The position numbers and the translations under genes were made by a program. Source: Halogeometricum borinquense DSM 11551 (GTDB taxonomy: Archaea; Halobacteriota; Halobacteria; Halobacteriales; Haloferacaceae). From it: a DNA stretch of 32,000 bases. Location: the NCBI RefSeq assembly GCF_000172995.2, contig NC_014735.1:330001-362000 (forward strand), read 5' to 3'. Positions 18,181 through 26,415 of this stretch are shown in pieces (the stretch's first letter is position 1; each line of letters starts with the position of its first letter). A model generated the notes under the pieces. The model was not told the DNA's origin and ran no database searches. It saw only the letters and a list, made by a program, of their open reading frames with translations.

Positions 18181-19335
18181 CTACTCGTCTAACACGTCGC
18201 TGACGGCCTCGCCGCGCTCGGATGCGTCGATGTGCGAGTACGCCTCCTTCGTCGTGCTGAGTGATTTGTGGCGAAGTACGTCCTGTGCGAGTCCGCGGTC
18301 GGTCCGGAAGAGTTCGTCACCGAGTCCGCGGCGCGCCCCGTGCGGGAGCGGTGGCTTGCCGTCGATATCGACGCCCGCGGTGTCCGCTATCCGTTCGAGA
18401 ACGCGCCGTGCGCCCTCTGTCGTGATGGCGGGCGGTGCGACGTCCTCGTCTCGGAGTACGTCGTCCACTTCTGCACCGTCGAGACGGGCGTTCGCATCAT
18501 CGGTGCCGAGCGCATCGCGGACGGCGGCGTACTTCGACGGCGCATGCGCCGTCGGGAACACGGGCCACTCGGCCGACGGCGGATCGAGGACGGTCCGCCA
18601 CCGTCGGAGAGCCTCACGCGCTTGTTTGGGGACGGAGACATCCTCCCATTCCTGTGCTTTCCCCCACACACGGAACGTCCACGCATCCGTGTCCACGCGT
18701 GCCCAGGTTAGACCTTGTCTGCCTTCTCGATTGTCACCGCTGACGCGGAACACCTCCGCGCCGCGGACACCCGTGTACGCGAGAACGTGAACGAGCGCGC
18801 GGTCACGGACTTCCTGTCGGGCATCCATCCCGTCACTCTCGATTGCTTCGTACGCGGCGTCGTTTGTGTGCTGGACGAGTTTGCGGCGAACCTCTCGCGT
18901 CCAGAACTGCTGGCTGTGATCTTCGTCGTCTCGCGGGAGGGGTTCGCGCGCTCGGTCCGCGAGTGCAGGATTCCGCGTGAGCGCTCCGTCGCGGACGCAG
19001 AACCCAAGAAATCCGGAAATGACGTTGTAGTACGTCTGCGCCGACGACGCCGAGATTCCGTCCGCTTCGACACGCTGGGCGAGTCGGTCAGAGTAACGTC
19101 GAAGCAGTTGCTCGCCCTCGTCCTCGAACGCATCGAACGTGTCCTTTCCGCGCCGCCGGAGCCACGTCTCGAACTTCGAGAGGACCGATTCGGCCGTCGA
19201 GCGGTACTGCGAACTATCGCCGTTCGAACGGAGATATCGTGCGATTGCAGCGGCGACCTCCGACTGCGCGCGCGTTCCGTCCGACTCCTCACTTTCGAAC
19301 TCCCCGGAGTCCCGGTCCGAATCTGGCGTGGACAT
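18181..19335 (-). CDS. tyrosine-type site-specific recombinase / integrase
   Basis: 384 aa with the catalytic signature LAYTGVRGAEV (Arg), HGARRGLG (His-x-x-Arg) and LRHKSLSTTKEAYSHI (His...Tyr), plus an N-terminal SAM-like core-binding region. Confidence 0.88.
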   Translation of the reverse strand: MSTPDSDRDSGEFESEESDGTRAQSEVAAAIARYLRSNGDSSQYRSTAESVLSKFETWLRRRGKDTFDAFEDEGEQLLRRYSDRLAQRVEADGISASSAQTYYNVISGFLGFCVRDGALTRNPALADRAREPLPRDDEDHSQQFWTREVRRKLVQHTNDAAYEAIESDGMDARQEVRDRALVHVLAYTGVRGAEVFRVSGDNREGRQGLTWARVDTDAWTFRVWGKAQEWEDVSVPKQAREALRRWRTVLDPPSAEWPVFPTAHAPSKYAAVRDALGTDDANARLDGAEVDDVLRDEDVAPPAITTEGARRVLERIADTAGVDIDGKPPLPHGARRGLGDELFRTDRGLAQDVLRHKSLSTTKEAYSHIDASERGEAVSDVLDE

Positions 19336-19518
19336 CTACGTGCTCCACCAGACGAACACCGGTGTCTTCAATCCACTTGGTTTTACGAGCGCAAAAATAT
19401 ATGAATACAGACAATAAATAGTTGATTTAATATCAGACTAAGAGATACGGTGGTTGATAGCTCCGTTCGTGAGTCGAATCGCCGGAGCGGAGTATCCGGG
19501 TCCACCGGAACTATTACA

Positions 19519-19556
19519 GTCTCGTAAACTCCGATTTCATTCGTGGTTTACGAGAC
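19519..19556. promoter_or_regulatory. BirA-operator-like inverted repeat spanning the bioB start codon
   Basis: GTCTCGTAAAC (19519-19529), a 16-nt spacer, then GTTTACGAGAC (19546-19556) form a perfect 11-bp inverted repeat. The cores GTAAAC...GTTTAC match the half-sites of the bacterial bio operator (TGTAAAC...GTTTACA). The GTG start of bioB (19543) lies inside the element, and a TATA-like CTATTAC lies at 19511-19517. Confidence 0.5.
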
Positions 19557-20667
19557 AGGTAACCGAACGGTCGATCAAGCGGTCGCCAAAGTACTCGATG
19601 GCGGCCAAATAGATCGAACTGAAGCATTGGCCCTGATTGCACAACCGGTCGAAGACCTCGCACCGGCGGCGAACGCCGTGCGAGAACACTTCGGGGACGG
19701 AACAGTCGATGCCTGTAGCATCGTGAACGCCAAAGCGGGAAACTGTGCGGAGGACTGCGGCTTCTGCGCCCAGTCGGTCCACTTCGATACAGGAATCGAT
19801 ACGTACGGTTTTCTCGGTCCCGAGGAAGTGCTTGCGGCGGCAAAACGAGCAGAACGCGACGGCGCACAGCGGTTCGGCATTGTCGTCGCCGAGAAAGGAG
19901 TAAGCAAAGAGAAACGCCCCGAAGAGTGGGAAGAAGTGATTCAGGCGATTCGTCTCGTCCGCGACGAAACCGACGTCGAGGTCGATGCGAGTCTTGGTAT
20001 TCTCACGGAAGAAGAGGCCGAGATCCTCGCTTCTGAGGGAATCAATCACTACAACCACAACATCGAGACGTCGCCAGCGTACTTCCCCGAAGTCGTCTCG
20101 ACGCACTCCTTTGCGGACCGCGTTGAGACGCTCGAACGCGCGAAAGCAGCGGGGATGGATCTCTGTGCCGGCGTTATTCTCGGGATGGGCGAAGCCCCCA
20201 CTGACAGAATCGACGCCGCACTCGCCCTCCGCGACATCGGTATTTCATCGCTCCCGGTAAACGTCCTCAATCCCGTCGCCGGAACCGATCTCGGCGATCA
20301 ATTCGGCGACTCAGCCACGATTTCGACCGAGGAACTGCTGCAGACGATTGCGGTCTACCGGCTACTCCACCCGAACGCGCGAGTACGCCTCACCGGCGGC
20401 CGCGAAGTCAACCTCGATACGGACGAACAGCACCGGCCGTTCGAGGCGGGTGCCGACGGGATTCTCACCGGCGACTACCTCACGACCGAAGGGCAGTCAC
20501 CCGGCGACGACATCGAAATCGTCGAGCGCGCCGGGTTACAGCCCAACAGAGAGGTAAACGATTTCGACCCGGAGGAGGTCAAATCCCGTTCCGACGACGC
20601 CGCGGAAGCGGAGTATTCGACGACCGCGGCCGGCAGTGCGACAAGTAACGCAGAGATCAGTGACTGA
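19543..20667 (+). CDS. bioB: biotin synthase (radical SAM)
   Basis: It has the radical-SAM motif NAKAGNCAEDCGFCAQS and a typical BioB core (YNHNIETS...). It uses a GTG start, with an in-frame TAA 18 nt upstream. The C-terminal tail is acidic. Confidence 0.92.
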   Translation: MVYETGNRTVDQAVAKVLDGGQIDRTEALALIAQPVEDLAPAANAVREHFGDGTVDACSIVNAKAGNCAEDCGFCAQSVHFDTGIDTYGFLGPEEVLAAAKRAERDGAQRFGIVVAEKGVSKEKRPEEWEEVIQAIRLVRDETDVEVDASLGILTEEEAEILASEGINHYNHNIETSPAYFPEVVSTHSFADRVETLERAKAAGMDLCAGVILGMGEAPTDRIDAALALRDIGISSLPVNVLNPVAGTDLGDQFGDSATISTEELLQTIAVYRLLHPNARVRLTGGREVNLDTDEQHRPFEAGADGILTGDYLTTEGQSPGDDIEIVERAGLQPNREVNDFDPEEVKSRSDDAAEAEYSTTAAGSATSNAEISD

Positions 20668-20670
20668 CCG

Positions 20671-21744
20671 ATGAACGACGCAGACAAACCGACAACAGAC
20701 ACCACGACGACAACGATGGACGAGATTCGATTCGCAGTACTCGGAACAGGCGGTATCGGACGACGGACGCTCGACGTCTCGAAACAGAAGCCGGAACTCA
20801 CGCCGGTGGCGGCATGTGACCGACATGGAGTCGCAATCGACCATGACGGACTTGACGTAGACGAACTGCTGTCCGCGACCGAAGGCAACATCGCCTCCGA
20901 CGGTGGGACGACAGCGGTGAAAGAAAGCGGCGAGAACAAAGGTGTCGCGGCGTCGAGTCAGGCAGTCTCGACCGAAACACCGATTGACGATGTGATCGCC
21001 GAAAGCGACGCTATCGACGCCGTGTTGATCGCACTGCCGAACTTCGAGCACGACTTCATCCCGCGCGTCGCCGACCGGTTCGTGGAAGCCGACTATTCAG
21101 GCGTTCTCGTGGACGTACTCAAACGGTCGCGGGTCATCGGAATGCTCGAAGACCGAACCGACGCATTCGAGTCGGCAGGTATCACGTTCGTCTGCGGTGC
21201 CGGTGCGACGCCCGGATTCTTGACGGGTGCAGCGGCGTTGGCCGCCCAGTCGTTTGTCACCGTCGAAGAAGTCGAAATCTGGTGGGGTGTCGGACTCAAA
21301 TCCGGTTACGAAGACAATCGCGGCACCGTCCGCGAGGACATCGCCCACCTGCCGGAGTACGACATCGAGACGGTGCGTGAGATGAGCGACGAGGAGATCG
21401 AGGCGGTTATCGACGAACACGACGGCGTCTTGGAGTTCCACGATATGGAACACGCCGACGACGTCCTGCTCGAACGTGCTGGTATCTGCGACGCCGAGGA
21501 CGTGACCGTCGGTGGGATTCTCGATGTCACCTCGGATGAAAAGCCCACGACGACGACGGTTCGCGTGACGGGGACGACATTCGACGGCGAACGCGGGACC
21601 AACACGTTCGAGTTGGACGACGCCACCAGCATGGAAGCCAACGTTAACGGCCCAGCACTCGGCTATCTGAAGTCTGCCGTCCGCCGAAACCGTGGCGGCG
21701 AGTACGGCGTCTTCGGCCCGGCCGAACTGCTACCAGGGTTCTGA
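20671..21744 (+). CDS. NAD(P)-binding Rossmann-fold oxidoreductase embedded in the bio operon (candidate BioU-like KAPA-to-DAPA enzyme)
   Basis: The N-terminal dinucleotide fold is RFAVLGTGGIGRR. The start is 3 nt after the bioB stop and the gene ends 10 nt before bioF. It sits where bioA would be expected, and no aminotransferase is present in the cluster. The functional assignment is an inference. Confidence 0.8.
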   Translation: MNDADKPTTDTTTTTMDEIRFAVLGTGGIGRRTLDVSKQKPELTPVAACDRHGVAIDHDGLDVDELLSATEGNIASDGGTTAVKESGENKGVAASSQAVSTETPIDDVIAESDAIDAVLIALPNFEHDFIPRVADRFVEADYSGVLVDVLKRSRVIGMLEDRTDAFESAGITFVCGAGATPGFLTGAAALAAQSFVTVEEVEIWWGVGLKSGYEDNRGTVREDIAHLPEYDIETVREMSDEEIEAVIDEHDGVLEFHDMEHADDVLLERAGICDAEDVTVGGILDVTSDEKPTTTTVRVTGTTFDGERGTNTFELDDATSMEANVNGPALGYLKSAVRRNRGGEYGVFGPAELLPGF

Positions 21745-21754
21745 CGGGGCGAAG

Positions 21755-23014
21755 ATGACAAAGGAGACGGAACCCCGACCCAGTGGCGGGGCCGAGGGGA
21801 CCGAAGCAACCAACGAGGGAGATTTCGGCTTCGACCCGGCAGCACGCCTCGCAGAGCGAGACCAGCAGGGTCTTCGGCGGACCCTCCAACCGGTCGAACA
21901 CGTTGCAGCACGCTCACGGATGGCGTCTGATCCGGGGGGTGAGAAGCCGAGATACGGCGCTGAGCAGATCGTCTTCGCAGCGAACAACTATCTCGGTCTC
22001 ACGCAGGACGAACGCGTCGTCCGCGCGGCACGAGAAGCGGCCGAAGCGGTCGGAACAGGAGCCGGTGCGAGTCGGTTGGTCACCGGTGATACCGGTCTGC
22101 ACCGAGGACTGGAGCGTGACCTCGCCGACGCGAAAGGGACCGAACGCGCCCTTCTGTTCTCCTCGGGGTACGCCGCGAACGTCGGGACCATCGGCGCACT
22201 CGACCCGGACGTGGTCTTCTCGGACGCACTCAACCACGCTAGCATCATTGACGGCTGTCGGCTCTCGGACGCCGAGACGGTCGTCTATGACCACTGTGAC
22301 GCCGACTCGCTCGCGGCAGCGATGGCCGACCGCTCCCGGTCCAGCACACCGGACGACTCGTGGCTGATCGTAACTGACTCGGTGTTTAGCATGGACGGGG
22401 ATGTCGCTCCGTTAGCAGACATCTGCGACGTAGCCGAGCGCTACGGAGCGTGGGTAATGGTAGACGAGGCTCACGCGACCGGTCTCTACGACGGTGGCGG
22501 CATCGTTCAACGAGAGGGACTGTCCGACCGCGTCCACGTACAGATGGGCACGCTGTCGAAGGCGTTGGCTAGTCAAGGTGGATACGTGGCCGGGAGTACC
22601 GCGCTCGTCGAACAGTTAGCGAACGCCGCCCGGTCGTTCGTCTTTTCGACGGGTCTCACGCCGCCGGCAGTCGGTGCCGCACGAGAAGCACTCCGTATCG
22701 CACGCGAAGAAAAGCGTCACGAGCAGTTGTGGGATCGCGTGAGCCGACTACGGAGTGGATTAGAAGCACTCGGCTACGACGTGCTCGGGACGACGCAAAT
22801 ACTCCCCGTTGTAATCGGTGACCGGAGCGACGCAGTGGCACTCGCAGAGCGTCTTCGGGAGCGCGGCATCGTCGCTCCGGCGATACGGCCGCCGACCGTC
22901 CCAGAAGGGACGAGTCGCATCCGCGTCTCACCGATGGCCACGCACACGGAAGCTGACATCGACCGCTGTCTCGACGCCTTCGAGGCCGCCGGACAGGAGT
23001 TGGATCTACTATGA
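21755..23014 (+). CDS. bioF: 8-amino-7-oxononanoate synthase
   Basis: It is a PLP-dependent acyltransferase: FAANNYLGL, SGYAANVG, VDEAHATG, and the PLP lysine context GTLSKALASQGG. I moved the start to ATG 21755, because the track start at 21692 overlaps the upstream gene. Confidence 0.9.
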   Translation: MTKETEPRPSGGAEGTEATNEGDFGFDPAARLAERDQQGLRRTLQPVEHVAARSRMASDPGGEKPRYGAEQIVFAANNYLGLTQDERVVRAAREAAEAVGTGAGASRLVTGDTGLHRGLERDLADAKGTERALLFSSGYAANVGTIGALDPDVVFSDALNHASIIDGCRLSDAETVVYDHCDADSLAAAMADRSRSSTPDDSWLIVTDSVFSMDGDVAPLADICDVAERYGAWVMVDEAHATGLYDGGGIVQREGLSDRVHVQMGTLSKALASQGGYVAGSTALVEQLANAARSFVFSTGLTPPAVGAAREALRIAREEKRHEQLWDRVSRLRSGLEALGYDVLGTTQILPVVIGDRSDAVALAERLRERGIVAPAIRPPTVPEGTSRIRVSPMATHTEADIDRCLDAFEAAGQELDLL

Positions 23015-23691
23015 CGGCGTTCGAGTTACCCGACGACGCGTTCGCCGTCGTCGGGACTGACACGGGTGTCGGGAAGACAGTGGTGACGGCCGGTCTCGTC
23101 GGTGCGTTACGAGAGGCGGGACACGACGCGTGTGCCATCAAGCCTGCCCAAACCGGCTATCCGCCGGACGACGACGCCGCGTTCGTCGCCGATATCTGTG
23201 GAACCGAAGCAGCGGCGACGTGTCTTCGTCGGCTCGAACCGGCGCTCGCCCCGGAAGTCGCGGCCGATGTCGCTGGCGTCGAGTTGGAGTACGAGTCGAT
23301 CCGTGAGGAGACCGCCGAGCATCTTGCAGCACACGAGATCGGCGTACTAGAAGGAATCGGCGGACTCCGCGTTCCGTTGGCCGATGGGCGCGAGGTGATC
23401 GATCTCGTTTCCGACCTCGGAATTCCGGCCGTCGTCGTCGCACGGTCCGGGCTCGGTACGTTGAACCACACTGCGCTCTCGGTTTCGGCGCTTCGGAACC
23501 GGGGGATAGACGTCCCAGCAGTCGTGTTGAACGAGTACGAGGGCGAGTCGCTCGCCGCGCGTACGAACCCTGACGTACTCGCCGAGATGACCGACTGTCC
23601 AGTAGTCACGCTACCGCCGCTCTCTGTCGAGGACGGGTCGAGCGTCGTGGACGGCGTTCGCGCTCACGTACTTGCCGGAGATATCGACTGA
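23011..23691 (+). CDS. bioD: dethiobiotin synthase
   Basis: It has the P-loop VVGTDTGVGKTVVTAGL, followed by AIKPAQTG and LEGIGGLRVPL. Its ATG overlaps the bioF stop as ATGA. Confidence 0.9.
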   Translation: MTAFELPDDAFAVVGTDTGVGKTVVTAGLVGALREAGHDACAIKPAQTGYPPDDDAAFVADICGTEAAATCLRRLEPALAPEVAADVAGVELEYESIREETAEHLAAHEIGVLEGIGGLRVPLADGREVIDLVSDLGIPAVVVARSGLGTLNHTALSVSALRNRGIDVPAVVLNEYEGESLAARTNPDVLAEMTDCPVVTLPPLSVEDGSSVVDGVRAHVLAGDID

Positions 23692-23836
23692 AAGTATCAG
23701 GGATATCAACTGAAGGGGCGTCGAAACCGTTTCCTGACGCGTAATCATCGACAGTCGCTCCGGCGGATGCGTAAGACGACGCGGGGACAGTCAAGAATGA
23801 AAGGTGATATAAAGAAGATAATAAAATTTTGACTGG

Positions 23837-24655
23837 ATGTTGCGTGCTGAGAGAGACCTGCCGACCTTCGAGGGCGGGTCGCTGATTCCCGTTACAACGT
23901 ATCTCTTACTCATTACCGTCCTCTCCGGATTCGCGGTAGTATTCTCGGACGGCGCATCACCCATCGCCGGGATGGGTTGGGGCATCTTCCTCGTCATCCT
24001 AGCCATCGGCGCGTTTACCGTTGAGGGAGTTTCACCGCGCTCGATTTTGTCACCAGTTCGCTCACTTCTTTCCGCGTTGTTGGTTGTGACCGTGTTTTGG
24101 GTGCTATACAATCTCGTTGCGTATGGGTTCGCCCTCGACGGCGTCAGCGGATTCGAGGTGTCCGGATCGAAAGTCGCTGCACACCCGCTCATGTATCTCG
24201 CCGCCTTCGTCAGTTCGGTGCTGTTCACCGCGATTCCGGAAGAACTCGTGTTTCGCGGGTACCTCCAGTCGAAGTTCGTCTCGCTGGCCGGCGGTAAAAC
24301 AGGCAAAGCGGTCGCAGTTGGTGTCGGGATCACAGCGATCCTATTCGCACTGTTTCACCTCCCGCGATGGTTCCTCATGTCCGGTCACGGGGTCGGTGCC
24401 GCGCTGGCGACGCGACTCCTCGGTCTGACGCTCATGGGACTCGCCTACGGTCTCGTGTACGCGCTAACCCGGAACCTGTGGCTGGTCGCATTGTTCCACG
24501 CGACGATGAACCAACCACCCTTCTTAGTCGGCGTCCACATCCCGGACGGCTTCCACTTGCTCGTCGGTGTCGTTGAGTTCGCCGCCATCGTCACAGTCGT
24601 ATTTGTGGCCACGCGTTTAACTGGATCCGACGGACTCGCGCTCACGTCGGCGTAG
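23837..24655 (+). CDS. CPBP-family intramembrane glutamic endopeptidase (CAAX protease-like)
   Basis: It is a multi-TM protein with the motifs AIPEELVFRGYLQ, LFALFHLP and ALFHATMN. An A/T-rich box ATAATAAAATTTT lies just upstream. Confidence 0.85.
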   Translation: MLRAERDLPTFEGGSLIPVTTYLLLITVLSGFAVVFSDGASPIAGMGWGIFLVILAIGAFTVEGVSPRSILSPVRSLLSALLVVTVFWVLYNLVAYGFALDGVSGFEVSGSKVAAHPLMYLAAFVSSVLFTAIPEELVFRGYLQSKFVSLAGGKTGKAVAVGVGITAILFALFHLPRWFLMSGHGVGAALATRLLGLTLMGLAYGLVYALTRNLWLVALFHATMNQPPFLVGVHIPDGFHLLVGVVEFAAIVTVVFVATRLTGSDGLALTSA

Positions 24656-25094
24656 CGGTTGTGGTCGCTAGCGATAGATTTCGGTGGCCACACCGACAGT
24701 GAATATTGACAGTGGCTCGAAGCGGTCCTCACGATCAGGCTTTTTGACTCATTGGCTGCTAGCGCAGGCCACGAGACACCGAGGCTGCCAGTTTCTGGCT
24801 TCACATGCGATTTCGTTGGGCGGAGCAGTACCGATGAGGGGACAGCGCGGACCCCTCTAAATCCACTTGTCTTTATCGGAGTAAAACAAAGTATTGTGCT
24901 GGTGGTCGGAATCAGCCGAATTTAGACAGTAGAGACGCCAAATTCGACGTTCCATATTTTATAAAGTTCATAGTGCTATATCAAATTTGTTGGCTTGGAA
25001 GTTCCCACAGATTCTGCGTTTGGATTTCTACAAACCAACAACTCAACAACATTTCTCCCCGATGTTGAGCTAATCAGAACTTTAGGAGGAGCGG

Positions 25095-25128
25095 CACAAC
25101 CTTGGAGGATGGATTTGATATGCGACTT
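25095..25128. repeat. left arm of an imperfect inverted repeat of about 34 bp
   Basis: CACAACCTTGGAGGATGG (25095-25112) pairs with the reverse complement of 26433-26450 at 17 of 18 positions. Weaker similarity continues inward for about 16 more bases. Confidence 0.65.
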
Positions 25129-25237
25129 ATTTACAGCGTTGGAGAGAAAATCAGCCGATCAGTAGGTATGCAGACTGATCAGCTTCTTCTCTACTGTAGC
25201 GTGATATGAGGGATGTTAATCAAATAACAAATATACG

Positions 25238-25591
25238 ATGACCACTGATCAGTTAGTTAGTGGATATATGAGAAAAACGTTCGAGATATCGGGTACCTCG
25301 CTCGCTCACCTCCTCTACGCGGCTACGCTGGGCTGTCTCGTACTGCTTACAATGGTGTGGGCGGTCGATAGTTTCGCCCGCGTTCCATTGGCCATCCTTT
25401 TTGCGTCTTTGGCAATCGCAATGATCGTGGGCCTGTGGCGGGCGAAGACCGGCAGAGACGGTGAGCATCTCGGTACGGCTGGGGACATCGTGTACGATCC
25501 GCTCGCCCCCGGACAAATGGCCAAAGAGAGATGGTTAAAGTCGGTCCGTCGCCTTTCCGGTATGGAGGACGAGGAGGATGAGGAGGATTGA
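25238..25591 (+). CDS. small two-TM membrane protein with an acidic tail (117 aa), hypothetical
   Basis: It has two hydrophobic helices (LLYAATLGCLVLLTMVWAV and LAILFASLAIAMIVGLW) and a C-terminal MEDEEDEED. It lies in the lower-GC patch. No family recognised. Confidence 0.55.
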   Translation: MTTDQLVSGYMRKTFEISGTSLAHLLYAATLGCLVLLTMVWAVDSFARVPLAILFASLAIAMIVGLWRAKTGRDGEHLGTAGDIVYDPLAPGQMAKERWLKSVRRLSGMEDEEDEED

Positions 25592-25649
25592 TCACTCGGT
25601 TACCTGTACTGATAGCATAATCGTCCCGAGACACGGGAAAGGGCACTGT

Positions 25650-26135
25650 CTAGTTAACCTCCTCGACCGGTGTTCGTCCATTGAGCGCTTGATGCGGTCG
25701 TTGAAAGTTATAGTAATGAACGAACAGCGCAAGCCACTGGCGAACGCTCAGCCGACTGCCTACCCATGAATTGTGAAAGCGGTCAACTCGCATTTTGAGG
25801 GTCCGAAACGCTGTCGGCCAGCCGATGAACCAACTGGAAGATCGCCTGAAACGAGCGATCTACGCCAATCAAGCGGAGTATCGCTTCTGTTTCCCTGAGC
25901 GAGAGACCGGCAGTGTGGAGGCGGACGGCGAACGCCCTGACGGGCGTCCCCAGAAATCTTCGATTTTTGGTGTGCGAACGAGACGCTTTGCGTCTCGTCA
26001 ACGTTCGAAAGACGAAAGCGTCTTTCGAGCCCACAAACTCGCGTCGCGAGTTTGGGACGTCACCGTCCGCTCCCGCTGCCAACATTCAAGCGTAGCCGTG
26101 TCTAAACTCTGCTTGAGCAGGTTTGAGAGTGGCAT
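25650..26135 (-). pseudogene. IS6-family transposase remnant (core deleted near 25780, N-terminus interrupted by a 113-bp insertion)
   Basis: See the mobile element above. The ATG is at 26135, the stop TAG lies within the left inverted repeat, and the pieces fall in two frames. Confidence 0.75.
25949..26057. mobile_element. 109-bp miniature insertion built of four consecutive stem-loops, flanked by a 4-bp direct repeat CGTC
   Basis: CGTC occurs at 25945-25948 and 26058-26061. Removing 113 bp restores the transposase frame as ...ECWQRERTVTPVRAFAVRLH... The hairpins are at 25950-25970 (9 bp with one G-T pair), 25978-25998 (9 bp), 26005-26028 (10 bp) and 26034-26054 (10-bp palindrome arms). Confidence 0.5.
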
Positions 26136-26415
26136 GAAACACTAGCTCTTCGACCTGCTCGCACCTTAACTAGACAGTGCCGGTTGCTCGTATATATCGG
26201 ATATATAACCATATAGAGATATTATAGTAGTAGGCGTGCTATTTTAATATTAAATACCATCCAAGTGCAGTGGTACAACTAGAAAATGAATATAGGAACA
26301 CACAACAATCTACATATACCATTTTTCAACTGTATATTACCACAATATCGTAGCAGATCGTACATTTTAGAAATAGAAGATTGCAGCAGATTTCAAACTC
26401 TATAGAATTGGATAA

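Larger units (their letters stand above)
25642..26181 (-). mobile_element. internally deleted, non-autonomous IS6-family insertion sequence (540 bp)
   Basis: It has perfect 16-bp terminal inverted repeats GGCACTGTCTAGTTAA at 25642-25657 and 26166-26181. Inside are only the N-terminal HTH part (MPLSNLLKQSLDTATLECWQRERT..., ...VRAFAVRLHTAGLSLRETEAILRLIGVDRSFQAIFQLVHRLADS) and the C-terminal part (RFHNSWVGSRLSVRQWLALFVHYYNFQRPHQALNGRTPVEEVN*) of an IS6-type transposase. The DDE core is missing. Confidence 0.8.

Noticed and set aside
21692-21754. bioF start at 21692 overlapping the preceding gene by 53 nt
   Set aside because: ATG 21755, 10 nt after the upstream stop, gives a normal N-terminus. 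The extension is Ala/Ser-rich shadow sequence.
23676-23722. Tandem-like duplication GATATCGACTGAAAG / GATATCAACTGAAGG at the bioD stop
   Set aside because: It is short and imperfect, and I could think of no functional context. It is probably a chance match or a small 3'-end duplication.
24700-24715. GACAGTG-AATATT-GACAGTG, resembling the GACAGTGGTGATC repeats upstream of the ATPase
   Set aside because: A 7-mer is expected several times by chance in 64 kb of two-strand sequence, so there is no basis for linking the two loci.
24830-24862. tRNA-fragment-like hairpin GAGGGG-n10-CCCCTC followed by TAAATCC (a possible att remnant)
   Set aside because: No acceptor, D or anticodon arms can be built. 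The T-loop consensus GTTCRAATC is absent here and elsewhere in the window.
25950-26054. Four palindromes read as a mini-CRISPR array
   Set aside because: The units differ in sequence, with no conserved repeat/spacer alternation, and no cas genes are present.
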